The translations under genes were made by a program, and so were the position numbers. A DNA stretch of 64,000 bases from Comamonadaceae bacterium (GTDB lineage Bacteria > Pseudomonadota > Gammaproteobacteria > Burkholderiales > Burkholderiaceae_C): assembly GCA_035063785.1 (NCBI GenBank), contig JAPSFS010000008.1:76212-140211 (forward strand), written 5' to 3'. Shown here piece after piece: positions 9,917 through 22,420 of the stretch. The notes beneath the pieces were generated by a model, which made no database searches, was not told where the DNA came from, and saw only the letters and a list, made by a program, of their open reading frames with translations. Each line of letters begins with the position of its first letter. The first letter of the stretch is position 1.

Positions 9917-10639
9917 TCATTCCCACCCCGGCGCCACCTGCTCGCGCAGTTCGCGGCGCAGGCGCAGATGGTCGGGCACCACGCCCTGCACGACGTGCCA
10001 GAAGCGCGGGCTGTGGTTCATCTCGCGCAGGTGCGCGAGTTCGTGCACCACGACGTAGTCGATGACCTCGGCCCGGTAGTGCATGAGGCGCCAGTTCAGG
10101 CGTATCGTGCCGCTGGCCGACGCGCTGCCCCAGCGCGTTGCGGCGCTGGAGAGCACGAGACGCTGGTAGCGCACGCCCAGCCGCGGCGCGTAGGCGTCCA
10201 GCCGGGCGGTGAAATGCGTGCGCGCCACGCCGCGCAGCCAGGCCTGCACGCGCGCGCGAACCTCTGGCACATCCGCCGTGGGCGCAAGCCCGAGCAGCAG
10301 CGCCCCGCCCTCGCAGCGCACCGGATGGCGCGCGCCGTCGAGCCGCAGCGTGAGCGGCGCGCCCAGAAACGCCAGCGTGCCGCCATCGCGCCAGGCGATG
10401 CGGGCGGCGTCCTGGCGCCTCTCACGCTCGCGCGCCTCGGCGAGCTTGCGCACGATCCACGCCGACTTCTCCTGCAGCGCCGCGTCCACCGCGCCCAGCG
10501 TGGCCGACCACGGCGCGCGCACCGCCAGGCCCTGCGCGCCCACGGTGAAACCGATGCTGCGCCGGCGCGCGCGTTCGAGCCGGTAGGGCACGGCCTGGCC
10601 CGCCAGCAGCGCCACGCGCTGCGCCACGGCGGTGCTCAC
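9917..10639 (-). CDS. YgjP-like (DUF45/M48-related) metal-dependent hydrolase
   Basis: HELAHLREMNHSPRFW is an HExxH..N.S..FW motif characteristic of the DUF45/YgjP family. Confidence 0.8.
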   Translation of the reverse strand: MSTAVAQRVALLAGQAVPYRLERARRRSIGFTVGAQGLAVRAPWSATLGAVDAALQEKSAWIVRKLAEARERERRQDAARIAWRDGGTLAFLGAPLTLRLDGARHPVRCEGGALLLGLAPTADVPEVRARVQAWLRGVARTHFTARLDAYAPRLGVRYQRLVLSSAATRWGSASASGTIRLNWRLMHYRAEVIDYVVVHELAHLREMNHSPRFWHVVQGVVPDHLRLRRELREQVAPGWE

Positions 10640-11400
10640 GGCGCAGGGTCCGCCGCGCAGGCTTCAGGGTAGGCGTCGGGGTCCAGGCGGCGCATCTCGG
10701 CCTCGATCCACGCCTGCACCTCCCGCGTGAGCTCGTCGGCCTTGCGGCCGGTGCTGGCAATCGGCGGGCCGATCGAGACGTCGACGATGCCGGGGCGCTT
10801 GACGAAGCCGGTCTTGGGCCAGACCCGGCCCGACGTGACGGCCACGGGCACCACCGGCACGCCCGCCTCGATGGCCAGGCGCGCGCCGCTCACCATGTAC
10901 GTGCCCACGCTGCCGCGCGCCTCGCGCGTGCCCTCGGGGAACATCACCACCCAGATGCCTTCGGAGAGCAGCCGCTTGCCCTGCTTGAGCACCTTCACGA
11001 ACGCGCGCGTCGGGTGGCCGCGGTCGATGTGGATCATGTCCAGGCTGCCGATCGACCAGCCGAAGAACGGAATCTTGAGCAGCTCGCGCTTGAACACGTA
11101 GGCCACGCGCCGCGGCATCAGCGCGGGCATGAGGAACGTCTCGTACGCCGACTGGTGCTTGACGAGCAGCACGATGCCGTGCGCCGGGTCGGTCGGCAGG
11201 TGCTCCATGCCGATCACGCGCTTCTTGATGCCAAGCACCCAGTGGGCCGCGTCCACCGCCAGTGCAAGCCACGCGCGCGCGGGCACATAGCGCGCCTGCG
11301 CGCCGCCGCCCAGCAGCCGCACGAGCAGTACCGCGGCGGTGTAGGGAATCACGGTGACGACGAGCACCAGCAGGTAGACGATGGAGCGCAGCAGCGACAT
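10636..11400 (-). CDS. plsC: 1-acyl-sn-glycerol-3-phosphate acyltransferase
   Basis: It has an N-terminal TM segment, the HQSAYETF (HxxxxD-like) block and the FPEGTR block. The ATG is the complement of 11398-11400. Confidence 0.85.
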   Translation of the reverse strand: MSLLRSIVYLLVLVVTVIPYTAAVLLVRLLGGGAQARYVPARAWLALAVDAAHWVLGIKKRVIGMEHLPTDPAHGIVLLVKHQSAYETFLMPALMPRRVAYVFKRELLKIPFFGWSIGSLDMIHIDRGHPTRAFVKVLKQGKRLLSEGIWVVMFPEGTREARGSVGTYMVSGARLAIEAGVPVVPVAVTSGRVWPKTGFVKRPGIVDVSIGPPIASTGRKADELTREVQAWIEAEMRRLDPDAYPEACAADPAP

Positions 11401-11416
11401 GGCAGGGGTTCCCGGT

Positions 11417-11971
11417 TCAGGCCGCCGGGCGCAGCAGCGCATCGACGCAGGCGGCGAGGCTCGCATGCGCGCGCGTGCCCGGCGGCCACGCGCTGGCAAG
11501 CGGCGCGCGCGCATCCACCGCCTGCGCCTCGCCGGTGCACACCAGGTGCAGCGCCGCGCCCACGGCCGCGCCCGCGCGCAGATGCGCCAGGCAACTGCCG
11601 ATGACGGTGAGCTCGCTGCCCGCGACGCCGTAACGCTCCTCGATCTGGCGCATCAGCCCCGGCGCGGGCTTGTGGCAGTCGCAGCCGTCGGCCACGTCGT
11701 GCGGACAGAGGAAGAACGCATCGATGCGCCCGCCGAGCGCCGCCAGTTCGCGCTGCATGCGCACGTGGATGCGCACCAGCGCGGGCATGGTCAGCCGCCC
11801 GCGCGCGAGCAGCGGCTGATTGGTCGACAGCACCACGCGCCAGCCCGCCTGCGTGAGCCGCGCCAGCGCCTGCAGCGCGCCGGGCAGCGGCTGCCACTGC
11901 TCGGGTGTGGTGATCGGCGGGTCGGCGAGCGCGTTGAGCGTGCCGTCGCGGTCGAGGATGGCGAGCTTCAT
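11417..11971 (-). CDS. gmhB: D-glycero-beta-D-manno-heptose-1,7-bisphosphate 7-phosphatase (HAD-IIIA)
   Basis: MKLAILDRDGTLN (DxDGT) and the Zn motif CPHDVADGCDCHKPAPG. Confidence 0.85.
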   Translation of the reverse strand: MKLAILDRDGTLNALADPPITTPEQWQPLPGALQALARLTQAGWRVVLSTNQPLLARGRLTMPALVRIHVRMQRELAALGGRIDAFFLCPHDVADGCDCHKPAPGLMRQIEERYGVAGSELTVIGSCLAHLRAGAAVGAALHLVCTGEAQAVDARAPLASAWPPGTRAHASLAACVDALLRPAA

Positions 11972-12001
11972 GGCGCCATTATCGGGAGCGGCCCCGTGAC
12001 A

Positions 12002-14104
12002 TCAGGCGAGCCGCGCCAGATCGGCCACGCGGTTCATCGCGCCGTGCAGCGTCTTGAGCAGGCCCAGGCGGTTGGCGCGCAGCTCGGGCTCCTCGGCGTT
12101 GACCATCACGTGCTCGAAGAAGGCATCGACGGGCGCGCGCAGCGCCGCGAGCGTTTGCAGGCTGGCGGTGTAGTCCCCGCGCTCGAACTGCGCATCGGCC
12201 TCGGGCGCAAGGCGCAGCAACGCCGCATGCAGGTCTCGTTCGGCGGCTTCGCGCAGCAGAGCGGGGTTCACACGGGCATCGACCTCGCCCGCCTTCTTGA
12301 GGATGTTGGTCACGCGCTTGTTCGCGGCGGCCAGCGCCGGGGCTTCGGGCAGGCCAGCAAAGGCGCGCACCGCGTCCAGGCGCGGGGCCACCTGCGCGAG
12401 CCGCTCGGGCCGCAGGGCGAGCACCGCATCGATCTCCTGACTGCCATAGCCCTGTTCGCGCAGGCTGCCCGCGAGGCGCTCGTAGATGAAGCCGGCGAGT
12501 TCCGCCGTGGGGTCGGTGATCTTGTCGCCAAACGCAGGCAGGGTATGTGCGAGCAGCTCTTGCAATGAGAGCGGTAGCGTTTTTTCGACCAGCATGCGGA
12601 TCACGCCCAGCGCGTGGCGGCGCAGCGCGAACGGGTCACGGTCGCCCGTGGGCGGGTTGCCGGTGCCGAACATGCCGACCAGCGTTTCGAGCTTGTCGGC
12701 CAGCGCCACCACCACGCCGACGGGTCCGCGCGGCAGGCTGTCACCCGCGAAGCGCGGCTTGTAGTGGTCTTCGATGGCGTACGCCACGTCCTGCGGCAGG
12801 CCATCGTTGAGCGCGTAGTACGCGCCCATGGTGCCCTGCAGTTCGGGGAACTCGCCCACCATGTCGGTCAGCAGGTCGGCCTTGGCCAGCATCGCGGCGG
12901 TGTCGGCGGCCTGCGCCAGCGCGGCGCCGCCAAGTTGCCCGCCGATCACCTTGGCGATGGCCCGCACGCGCTCGACGCGCTCGCCCTGCGTGCCGAGCTG
13001 GTTGTGGTAGACCACCTTGGCCAGTTGCGGCACGCGGCTTGCCAGCGTCTGCTTGCGGTCCTGATCGAAGAAGAACCTGGCATCCGCCAGGCGCGGGCGC
13101 ACCACGCGCTCGTTGCCCGCGATCACCGCGCTCGCGTCCTCGGGGCGGATGTTGCTCACGACGAGGAAGCGGTTGGTGAGCCTGCCGGCGCCGTCCAGCA
13201 GCGGGAAGTACTTCTGGTTGGCCTTCATCGTGAGGATGAGGCACTCCTGCGGCACCGCGAGGTATGCGGCGTCGAACTGGCAGGTGAGCACGTTGGGGCG
13301 CTCGACCAGCGCCGTGACTTCGTCCAGCAGCGCTTCGTCTTCAATAGCTGTCAGCGCTTTCCCCGCCTGCGCTGCAGCCGTTTTTATCTGAGAAACCACG
13401 GCGGCGCGGCGTTCGTCGAACGCGGCGATGACCGCGCCCTGATCGCGCAGCACGTTGGCGTAGTCGTCGGCGTGCGCGATCTCGATCGGGTCGCGCGCGG
13501 CCTCGAAGCGGTGGCCGTGCGTGGCGCGCCCCGCCGTGAGGCCCAGCGCCGCAATCGGCAGCACCTGGCTGCCATGCAGCGCCACGAGCCCGTGCGCCGG
13601 GCGCACGAAGTGCACGCTGCTCCAGCCGTCGGCGAGCTGGTAGCGCATCACCTTGGGGATGGGCAGCTTGGCAATGGCCTCATCGAGCGCCTTCTGCACG
13701 CCCGCCGCCAGCGCCACGCCGCGCACCGTGCTGTGCAGGTGCAGCACCTGAGCCTTGCCATCCTCGACACGTTCGAGCTGCGGCACGACGGACGCATCCG
13801 CGCCCAGCGCCGCGAGCTTCTTGAGCAGCGCGGGCGTGGGCTGGCCGTCGGGCGTGAGGCCGACCGACGCCGGCATGAGCTTGTGCGAGACGGTGTGGTC
13901 CTCGGCCTGCACGCGCACCGCGGTGACGTGCACCGCCAGCCGCCGGGGCGTGGCGTAGGCCGTGGGCCGCGAGCCCTCGCTCGTGAGCCCCTGCGCCACC
14001 AGCTGCTGGAACAGCACCTGGGCAAAGGCCTCGCCCAACTGGCGCAGTGCCCTGGGAGGAAGTTCCTCGACGAAAAGCTCGACGAGCAGGTTGGCGGTAG
14101 TCAT
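12002..14104 (-). CDS. glyS: Glycine--tRNA ligase beta subunit
   Basis: 700 aa. MTTANLLVELFVEELPPRAL... is a conserved GlyS N-terminus, and AANKRVTNILKK is also present. It lies downstream of glyQ. Confidence 0.95.
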   Translation of the reverse strand: MTTANLLVELFVEELPPRALRQLGEAFAQVLFQQLVAQGLTSEGSRPTAYATPRRLAVHVTAVRVQAEDHTVSHKLMPASVGLTPDGQPTPALLKKLAALGADASVVPQLERVEDGKAQVLHLHSTVRGVALAAGVQKALDEAIAKLPIPKVMRYQLADGWSSVHFVRPAHGLVALHGSQVLPIAALGLTAGRATHGHRFEAARDPIEIAHADDYANVLRDQGAVIAAFDERRAAVVSQIKTAAAQAGKALTAIEDEALLDEVTALVERPNVLTCQFDAAYLAVPQECLILTMKANQKYFPLLDGAGRLTNRFLVVSNIRPEDASAVIAGNERVVRPRLADARFFFDQDRKQTLASRVPQLAKVVYHNQLGTQGERVERVRAIAKVIGGQLGGAALAQAADTAAMLAKADLLTDMVGEFPELQGTMGAYYALNDGLPQDVAYAIEDHYKPRFAGDSLPRGPVGVVVALADKLETLVGMFGTGNPPTGDRDPFALRRHALGVIRMLVEKTLPLSLQELLAHTLPAFGDKITDPTAELAGFIYERLAGSLREQGYGSQEIDAVLALRPERLAQVAPRLDAVRAFAGLPEAPALAAANKRVTNILKKAGEVDARVNPALLREAAERDLHAALLRLAPEADAQFERGDYTASLQTLAALRAPVDAFFEHVMVNAEEPELRANRLGLLKTLHGAMNRVADLARLA
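13340..13395 (+). repeat. Palindromic repeat family, copy H (degenerate; in frame inside glyS)
   Basis: TCAATAGCTGTCAGCGCTTtccccgCctGCGCTGCAGCCGTTTTTATCTGAGAAA matches the arms and core of copy B. It is a local low-GC pocket. glyS reads it as SQIKTAAAQAGKALTAIED. Confidence 0.5.
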
Positions 14105-14169
14105 ATTGTTTTTGATAGCTGCTCGCGCTTGCTGTACAAGCGCTGGAGCCTTGTCTTACTTGAAATTTC
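14105..14169 (+). repeat. Palindromic repeat family, copy B (fills the whole glyQ-glyS spacer)
   Basis: TTTTTGATAGCTGCTCGCGCTTGctgtaCAAGCGCTGGAGCCTTGTCTTACTTGAAATTTC. This copy is used as the reference orientation (+). Confidence 0.85.
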
Positions 14170-15108
<939 letters not shown>

Positions 15109-15294
15109 GCGGGAGGCGGTTCGGAACGGAGCGAGCGCTGGGCGCGCGGCGGCGCGTGCGTGAACCGAAGATTTTAGGCGGTCGGGTGGTGAGGGCGGCG
15201 GGGCTTGGGCACGACCCGCTCCGTGCGGGGCGGCGGAGGCCGGGTCATGCCATGTACGGAACGACGCACGAGCCCCCAGCGTGGGAGCCATCCC

Positions 15295-16698
<1,404 letters not shown>

Positions 16699-16714
16699 GG
16701 CATGCGCTCCACGT

Positions 16715-18010
16715 TCATTCGATGAAAAGCAGCGCCGGGGCTTCGAGCAGACCGCGCACGGCCTGGATGAAGCGCGCCGCATCCATGCCGTCGACCACGC
16801 GGTGGTCGAACGACGAAGACAGGTTCATCAACTGCCGCGCGACCACCTGGCCACCGCGCAGCATGGGCCGCTCGACGATGCGGTTCACGCCCACGATCGC
16901 TACCTCGGGGCGGTTGATTACCGGCGTGCTTACGATGCCGCCCAGCGGCCCCAGACTCGTGAGCGTGATGGTCGAGCCCGAGAGTTCCTCGCGCGGCGCC
17001 TTGCCGGTGCGCGCGCCCTCGGCCACGCGCGCCACGCCCGCGGCGCACTGCCACAGGTCCAGCGCCTCGGCGTGGCGCAGCACCGGCACCATCAGGCCGC
17101 CATCGGTCTGCGTGGCGATGCCCAGGTGCACCGCCTCGTAGCGCGTGACCACGCCCGCCTCGTCGTCGTAGCGCGCGTTGATCTGCGGAAAGTCACGCAG
17201 CGCCACCACCATCGCGCGGATCAGCAGCGGCAGCAGCGTGAGCTTGCCGCGCGTGCCGCCGTGCACCTGGTTCAGGCGCGCGCGCAAGGCTTCAAGCTCG
17301 GTGACGTCCACCTCCTCGACGTAGCTGAAGTGCGGGATGTGGCGCTTGGCCTCCTGCATCTTCTGCGCGATCTTGCGGCGCAGGCCGATGACCGGCACCG
17401 CCTGCTCGCCGTGGCGCTCGACGTAGCCCGACGCGGCCGCGACCGGCGCGCCACCGCGCGCGGCCCAGGCATCCAGGTCTTCGTGCAGGATGCGCCCGGC
17501 CGGGCCGCTGCCCGCGACGAAGCGCAGCTCGATGCCCATCTCCAGCGCGCGTCGGCGCACCGAAGGCGCCGCCAGTGGCCGCTCGCCCTCCTTGCGCACC
17601 GTGGCGGGCGCCACGGGCGCAGGCCTGCGGGCCGGTGCGGGCGCCGGCGTCGGAGCCGGAGCGGGCGCAGGGACGGGCGCCACCGGTGCGACCTGCGGTT
17701 TTGCTTCAGAAACAGGAGCCGTTGGCGCTTGTGCAGCAAGCGCTTCCTTGAGGTTTCCCTTGCCTTCCACCTCAAGGCGCACCAGCTCGGCGCCCACTGA
17801 AAGCACGTCGCCCACCTTGCCGCCGAACGCGGCCACCGTGCCGTGCACGTGGCACGGAATTTCCACCGTGGCCTTGTCGGTCATCACGTCGGCGATCACC
17901 TGGTCTTCGGCCACCGCGTCGCCCACCTGTACGTGCCACGCGGCGATTTCCACCTCGGCTATGCCCTCGCCGATGTCGGGCACCCGGATCACATAGAACC
18001 CCATCGTCAT
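16715..18010 (-). CDS. bkdB: Branched-chain alpha-keto acid dehydrogenase E2 (dihydrolipoamide acyltransferase)
   Basis: It has a lipoyl domain ([11 protein letters not shown]), an Ala/Pro linker, an E3-binding domain and a catalytic [11 protein letters not shown] motif. Its start overlaps the E1-beta stop (ATGA at 18007-18010). Confidence 0.92.
   Translation of the reverse strand: MTMGFYVIRVPDIGEGIAEVEIAAWHVQVGDAVAEDQVIADVMTDKATVEIPCHVHGTVAAFGGKVGDVLSVGAELVRLEVEGKGNLKEALAAQAPTAPVSEAKPQVAPVAPVPAPAPAPTPAPAPARRPAPVAPATVRKEGERPLAAPSVRRRALEMGIELRFVAGSGPAGRILHEDLDAWAARGGAPVAAASGYVERHGEQAVPVIGLRRKIAQKMQEAKRHIPHFSYVEEVDVTELEALRARLNQVHGGTRGKLTLLPLLIRAMVVALRDFPQINARYDDEAGVVTRYEAVHLGIATQTDGGLMVPVLRHAEALDLWQCAAGVARVAEGARTGKAPREELSGSTITLTSLGPLGGIVSTPVINRPEVAIVGVNRIVERPMLRGGQVVARQLMNLSSSFDHRVVDGMDAARFIQAVRGLLEAPALLFIE
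17698..17758 (-). repeat. Palindromic repeat family, copy D (in frame in the bkdB lipoyl-domain linker)
   Basis: The plus strand reads CAGGAGCCGTTGGCGCTTGtgcagCAAGCGCTTCCTTGAGG with low-GC flanks (TTTTGCTTCAGAAA, GGTTTCCC). The gene reads it as [21 protein letters not shown]. Confidence 0.7.
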
Positions 18011-19050
18011 GCCTCCGTTGCGCGCTTGAGGGCTGCGCCGACACGCTGCGGCCCAGGGAAGTAGGCCCATTCCTGCGCATGCGGGTAGGGGGTGTCCCAA
18101 CCGGCGACGCGCTCGATCGGCGCCTCCAGGTGGTAGAAGCAATGCTCCTGCACCAGTGCGGTCAGCTCGGCGCCGAAGCCGCCGGTGCGCGTGGCCTCGT
18201 GCACCACGACGCAGCGCCCGGTCTTCTTCACCGAGGCGACGATGGTCTCCAGGTCGAGCGGCCAGATCGAGCGCAGGTCAATGATCTCGGCGTCGATGCC
18301 GGTGTCGATCGCCGCGCGCTCGCTCACCCAGACCATGGTGCCGTAGGTGAGTACCGTCACTGCCTTGCCGGGGCGAAACACCGCGGCGCTGTTCAGCGGC
18401 ACCTTGTAGTAGCCCTCGGGCACCTTGCCCATGTCGTGCCTGGACCACGGCACCACCGGCTGGTCGTGCCGACCGTCGAATGGCCCGTTGTACAGGCGCT
18501 TGGGTTCGAGGAAGACCACCGGGTCCTCGCACTCGATGGAGGCGATGAGCAGGCCCTTGGCGTCATACGGGTTGCTCGGCATCACGGTGCGGATGCCGCA
18601 GATGTGGGCGAACACCGCCTCGGGGCTCTGGCTATGCGTCTGCCCGCCATAGATGCCACCGCCGCAGGGCATGCGGATCACCATGGGCGCGGAAAAGTCG
18701 CCTGCCGAGCGAAAGCGCAGGCGCGCCACCTCGGAGACGATCTGGTCCATCGCCGGGTAAAAATAGTCCGCGAACTGGATTTCCACCACGGGTTCGAGCC
18801 CGTAGGCCGCCATGCCGAGCGCGGTGGCGACGATGCCCGATTCGGAGATCGGCGCGTCAAAGCACCGCGTCTTGCCGTACTTCTTCTGCAGGCCCTCGGT
18901 GACGCGGAACACGCCGCCGAAATAGCCCACGTCCTCGCCGTAGACGATGACGTTCTCATCGCGCCCCATCATCACGTCCAGGCCCGAGCGCAGCGCCTGC
19001 ACCATGGTCATCGAGCTCACGGCGCCTTCAGGATTTGCTTGCGTCGTCAT
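18007..19050 (-). CDS. bkdA2: BCKDH E1 beta subunit
   Basis: 347 aa with transketolase-like pyrimidine-binding and C-terminal domains (VIVYGEDVGYFGGVFRVTEGL..., EIQFADYFYPAMDQI). Confidence 0.93.
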   Translation of the reverse strand: MTTQANPEGAVSSMTMVQALRSGLDVMMGRDENVIVYGEDVGYFGGVFRVTEGLQKKYGKTRCFDAPISESGIVATALGMAAYGLEPVVEIQFADYFYPAMDQIVSEVARLRFRSAGDFSAPMVIRMPCGGGIYGGQTHSQSPEAVFAHICGIRTVMPSNPYDAKGLLIASIECEDPVVFLEPKRLYNGPFDGRHDQPVVPWSRHDMGKVPEGYYKVPLNSAAVFRPGKAVTVLTYGTMVWVSERAAIDTGIDAEIIDLRSIWPLDLETIVASVKKTGRCVVVHEATRTGGFGAELTALVQEHCFYHLEAPIERVAGWDTPYPHAQEWAYFPGPQRVGAALKRATEA

Positions 19051-19053
19051 GGC

Positions 19054-20397
<1,344 letters not shown>

Positions 20398-20543
20398 CTA
20401 GGGCAACGCTGAACCAGTCCCTCGCGCGCATCGCACCCGCTCTTTGCGCATCCGGGCGGCTTCGCTAAGATGCCACGCGTGCGCCAACGCGTTGCCGCGT
20501 GCCACGCACCACCACCGTTTCTCTACTCTGGAAAGTCCACCCC

Positions 20544-20852
20544 ATGTCCAAAGCATCCGATGCCGCCGCCACCACCCAAAGCGAACTGGAGCGCCTGGTC
20601 AGCGACCTGCGCAAGCTCATGGCCAGCAAGGACCTCGACGGCGTTCCCGAAATCAAGCAACTGCGCCAGCGGCTGGACGAAGGCGTGCAAAGCGTGCGCG
20701 ATGCCACCGTGCGCGCCGCGCAGGACGCCGCCGACCGCGCCATGGACGCCGCCCGCACGGCAGACCGCTACGCCCATGACGAACCGTGGCGCGTTGCGAG
20801 CGCCGCGCTGGCCGTCGGGGCGCTCGTCGGGTTTCTGCTGGCGCGTCGCTGA
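20544..20852 (+). CDS. DUF883 (ElaB/YqjD-like) C-tail-anchored membrane protein
   Basis: MSKASDAAATTQSELERLVSDLRKLMAS... has a C-terminal TM segment after a conserved PW (EPWRVASAALAVGALVGFLLARR). Confidence 0.8.
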   Translation: MSKASDAAATTQSELERLVSDLRKLMASKDLDGVPEIKQLRQRLDEGVQSVRDATVRAAQDAADRAMDAARTADRYAHDEPWRVASAALAVGALVGFLLARR

Positions 20853-20876
20853 ACCCCGCCCACGCGCACACGACGG

Positions 20877-21287
20877 GTGCCACGCGTGAACTGGGCTGCG
20901 CTGCTCGGAATCAGCGGCTGGACGGCGCGCTGGCGCACGCTCGTGAGCGAAGGCGCGCAGGCCGCCGAAGACCGCCTTGCACTGGCGCGGCTCGAATGGG
21001 AGGGGCACCGCCACCATCTGGTGTGGCTGGTGCTGCTGCTCGTGCTCTTTGGCGCGCTGCTGCTCGTGGCGCTGCTGCTGCTGTCCGCGGCGGTGCTCGT
21101 GCAGTTCTGGGACACGCCGCAGCGCGTGACGGTCGCCTGGAGCCTCGCGGGGGTCTGGGTCATCGCCTGCGCGCTCGTGCTCGCGCGCCTCGTGGCGCTG
21201 GCCCGTCAGGCGCGCAACGTGTTCGCGCTCACGCGCCGTGAACTGGCCCAGGACTGGCAGGCCCTAAAGGGCCAGTTGCGCGACTGA
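20877..21287 (+). CDS. YqjE-like (DUF1469) membrane protein
   Basis: Two TM segments and a position immediately after the DUF883 gene. The family assignment rests on context and topology. Confidence 0.55.
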   Translation: MPRVNWAALLGISGWTARWRTLVSEGAQAAEDRLALARLEWEGHRHHLVWLVLLLVLFGALLLVALLLLSAAVLVQFWDTPQRVTVAWSLAGVWVIACALVLARLVALARQARNVFALTRRELAQDWQALKGQLRD

Positions 21288-21301
21288 ACGCCCGAGGCTC
21301 C

Positions 21302-21559
21302 ATGCAACCCACCCCCGCACAACAAGCACTGCTCGAACGCATCGCGGCGCAGCGCGAACGCCTGCGCGCCACACGCAGCGCCGCGTCCGACAGCATCGAC
21401 CCGCAGGACCCGCTACCCGCGCGGCTCCTCGCGTTCACGCGCCTGCACCCGCTGGCCACCGCGGCCGCCCTGGGCGCGGTCGCGCTCGCCGGGCCGCGGC
21501 GCCTGGCCCAATGGGCCGGCGTGGTGCTGCCCTTCCTCTTGCGCGCGTACCGGCGCTGA
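21302..21559 (+). CDS. YqjK-like small protein
   Basis: 85 aa. It begins with a coiled segment (QQALLERIAAQRERLRA), ends hydrophobic, and is third in the yqjD/E/K-type trio. Confidence 0.5.
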   Translation: MQPTPAQQALLERIAAQRERLRATRSAASDSIDPQDPLPARLLAFTRLHPLATAAALGAVALAGPRRLAQWAGVVLPFLLRAYRR

Positions 21560-21564
21560 TCGCG

Positions 21565-22143
21565 CTACAGGCCGAAGGCCGATCCTGCCCCCGACAGCGT
21601 CGCCACCCCCAGCAACGCGAACACCGCGGCCGCCGCCGCGTGCACCCATCGCATCGGAATACGCCCCGCCAGTGTGCCCCCCACGAGGACCGCAGGAACA
21701 TCGGCGATCAGCATCCCGAGCGTGGTGCCGGCAACGACCATGAGCGGCGTGCCGTAGTGCGCGGCCATGGCCACCGTGGCCACCTGCGTCTTGTCGCCCA
21801 TCTCGGCCAGAAAGAAGGTGAGCAGCGTCGCGCCGAAAACGCCCAGGTGCCCCGTGACACGCGCGTCTTCCTCGTCCAGCGTGTCGGGTACCAGCGTCCA
21901 GATGGCCATGCCGATGAACGACAGCCCGAGCACCCAGCGCAGCACGGCGGGGCTCAAAACCTGCATGATCCACGCGCCCAGCGCGCCCGCCAGACCGTGG
22001 TTGACGAGCGTCGCCAGCAGGATGCCGGCAATGATGGGCAGCGGCTTCTTGAACCGCGCGGCGAGAACGAACGCCAGCAATTGCGTCTTGTCCCCGATCT
22101 CGGCGAGCGCGACGACGCCGGTGGAGACGATGAGGGCTTCCAT
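21565..22143 (-). CDS. UPF0016/GDT1/TMEM165-family cation (Mn2+/Ca2+) transporter
   Basis: Two E-x-G-D-K-T/S repeats (LAEIGDKTQLL and LAEMGDKTQV). The ATG is the complement of 22141-22143. Confidence 0.85.
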   Translation of the reverse strand: MEALIVSTGVVALAEIGDKTQLLAFVLAARFKKPLPIIAGILLATLVNHGLAGALGAWIMQVLSPAVLRWVLGLSFIGMAIWTLVPDTLDEEDARVTGHLGVFGATLLTFFLAEMGDKTQVATVAMAAHYGTPLMVVAGTTLGMLIADVPAVLVGGTLAGRIPMRWVHAAAAAVFALLGVATLSGAGSAFGL

Positions 22144-22204
22144 GGAGTGCTCCGGGCCGGATTGCAACACTTGACCGCCACGCATCCCCGGCCATCTCGG
22201 AGGC

Positions 22205-22315
22205 ATCGCGGTCAAAGGTCTGGCCAGGCACACAGGCTGCTGGCGCCATGGCCGTGCGGCCAAGTGTGTTGACGTCAGCCTCTCGCAAAGCGAAGAGCGG
22301 CTACTCCCCGATGAC
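22205..22315 (-). promoter_or_regulatory. yybP-ykoY (Mn2+) riboswitch-like leader of the UPF0016 gene
   Basis: The minus strand reads GUCAUCGGGGAGUAGCCGCUCUUCGCUUUGCGAGAGGCUGACGUCAACACAC...CUGUGUGCCUGGCCAGACCUUUGAC. It contains the conserved GGGGAGUAG, GUCAAC/ACA and CCAGACCUUUG blocks and pairing P1 (GUCA/UGAC) and P3 (CACAC/GUGUG) stems, about 60 nt upstream of the start. Confidence 0.75.
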
Positions 22316-22420
22316 GCGCGGATTCTAGCAGTGCCGGTGGGGCTTCATTGACCTGTATCATGGACTGCGCTGGCGCCATCTGTCACGCTGAAATCCGTCT
22401 TCAACCCTGAGGAAATCGCC

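Noticed and set aside
12541-12600. Possible tenth copy of the palindromic repeat in glyS (GAGCAGCTCTTGCAATGAGAGCGGTAGCGTTTTTTCG)
   Set aside because: Only the AGCTC and T-run pieces match. There is no GCGCTTG/CAAGCGC core or hairpin. The encoded peptide (LVEKTLPLSLQELL) looks like native GlyS sequence.
17560-17700. Reiterated GCN-CCN ([13 protein letters not shown]) tract in bkdB as a possible tandem DNA repeat or variable-number locus
   Set aside because: It is the ordinary Ala/Pro-rich swinging-arm linker of 2-oxoacid dehydrogenase E2 proteins. The DNA units are imperfect. It is not related to the palindromic repeat next to it.
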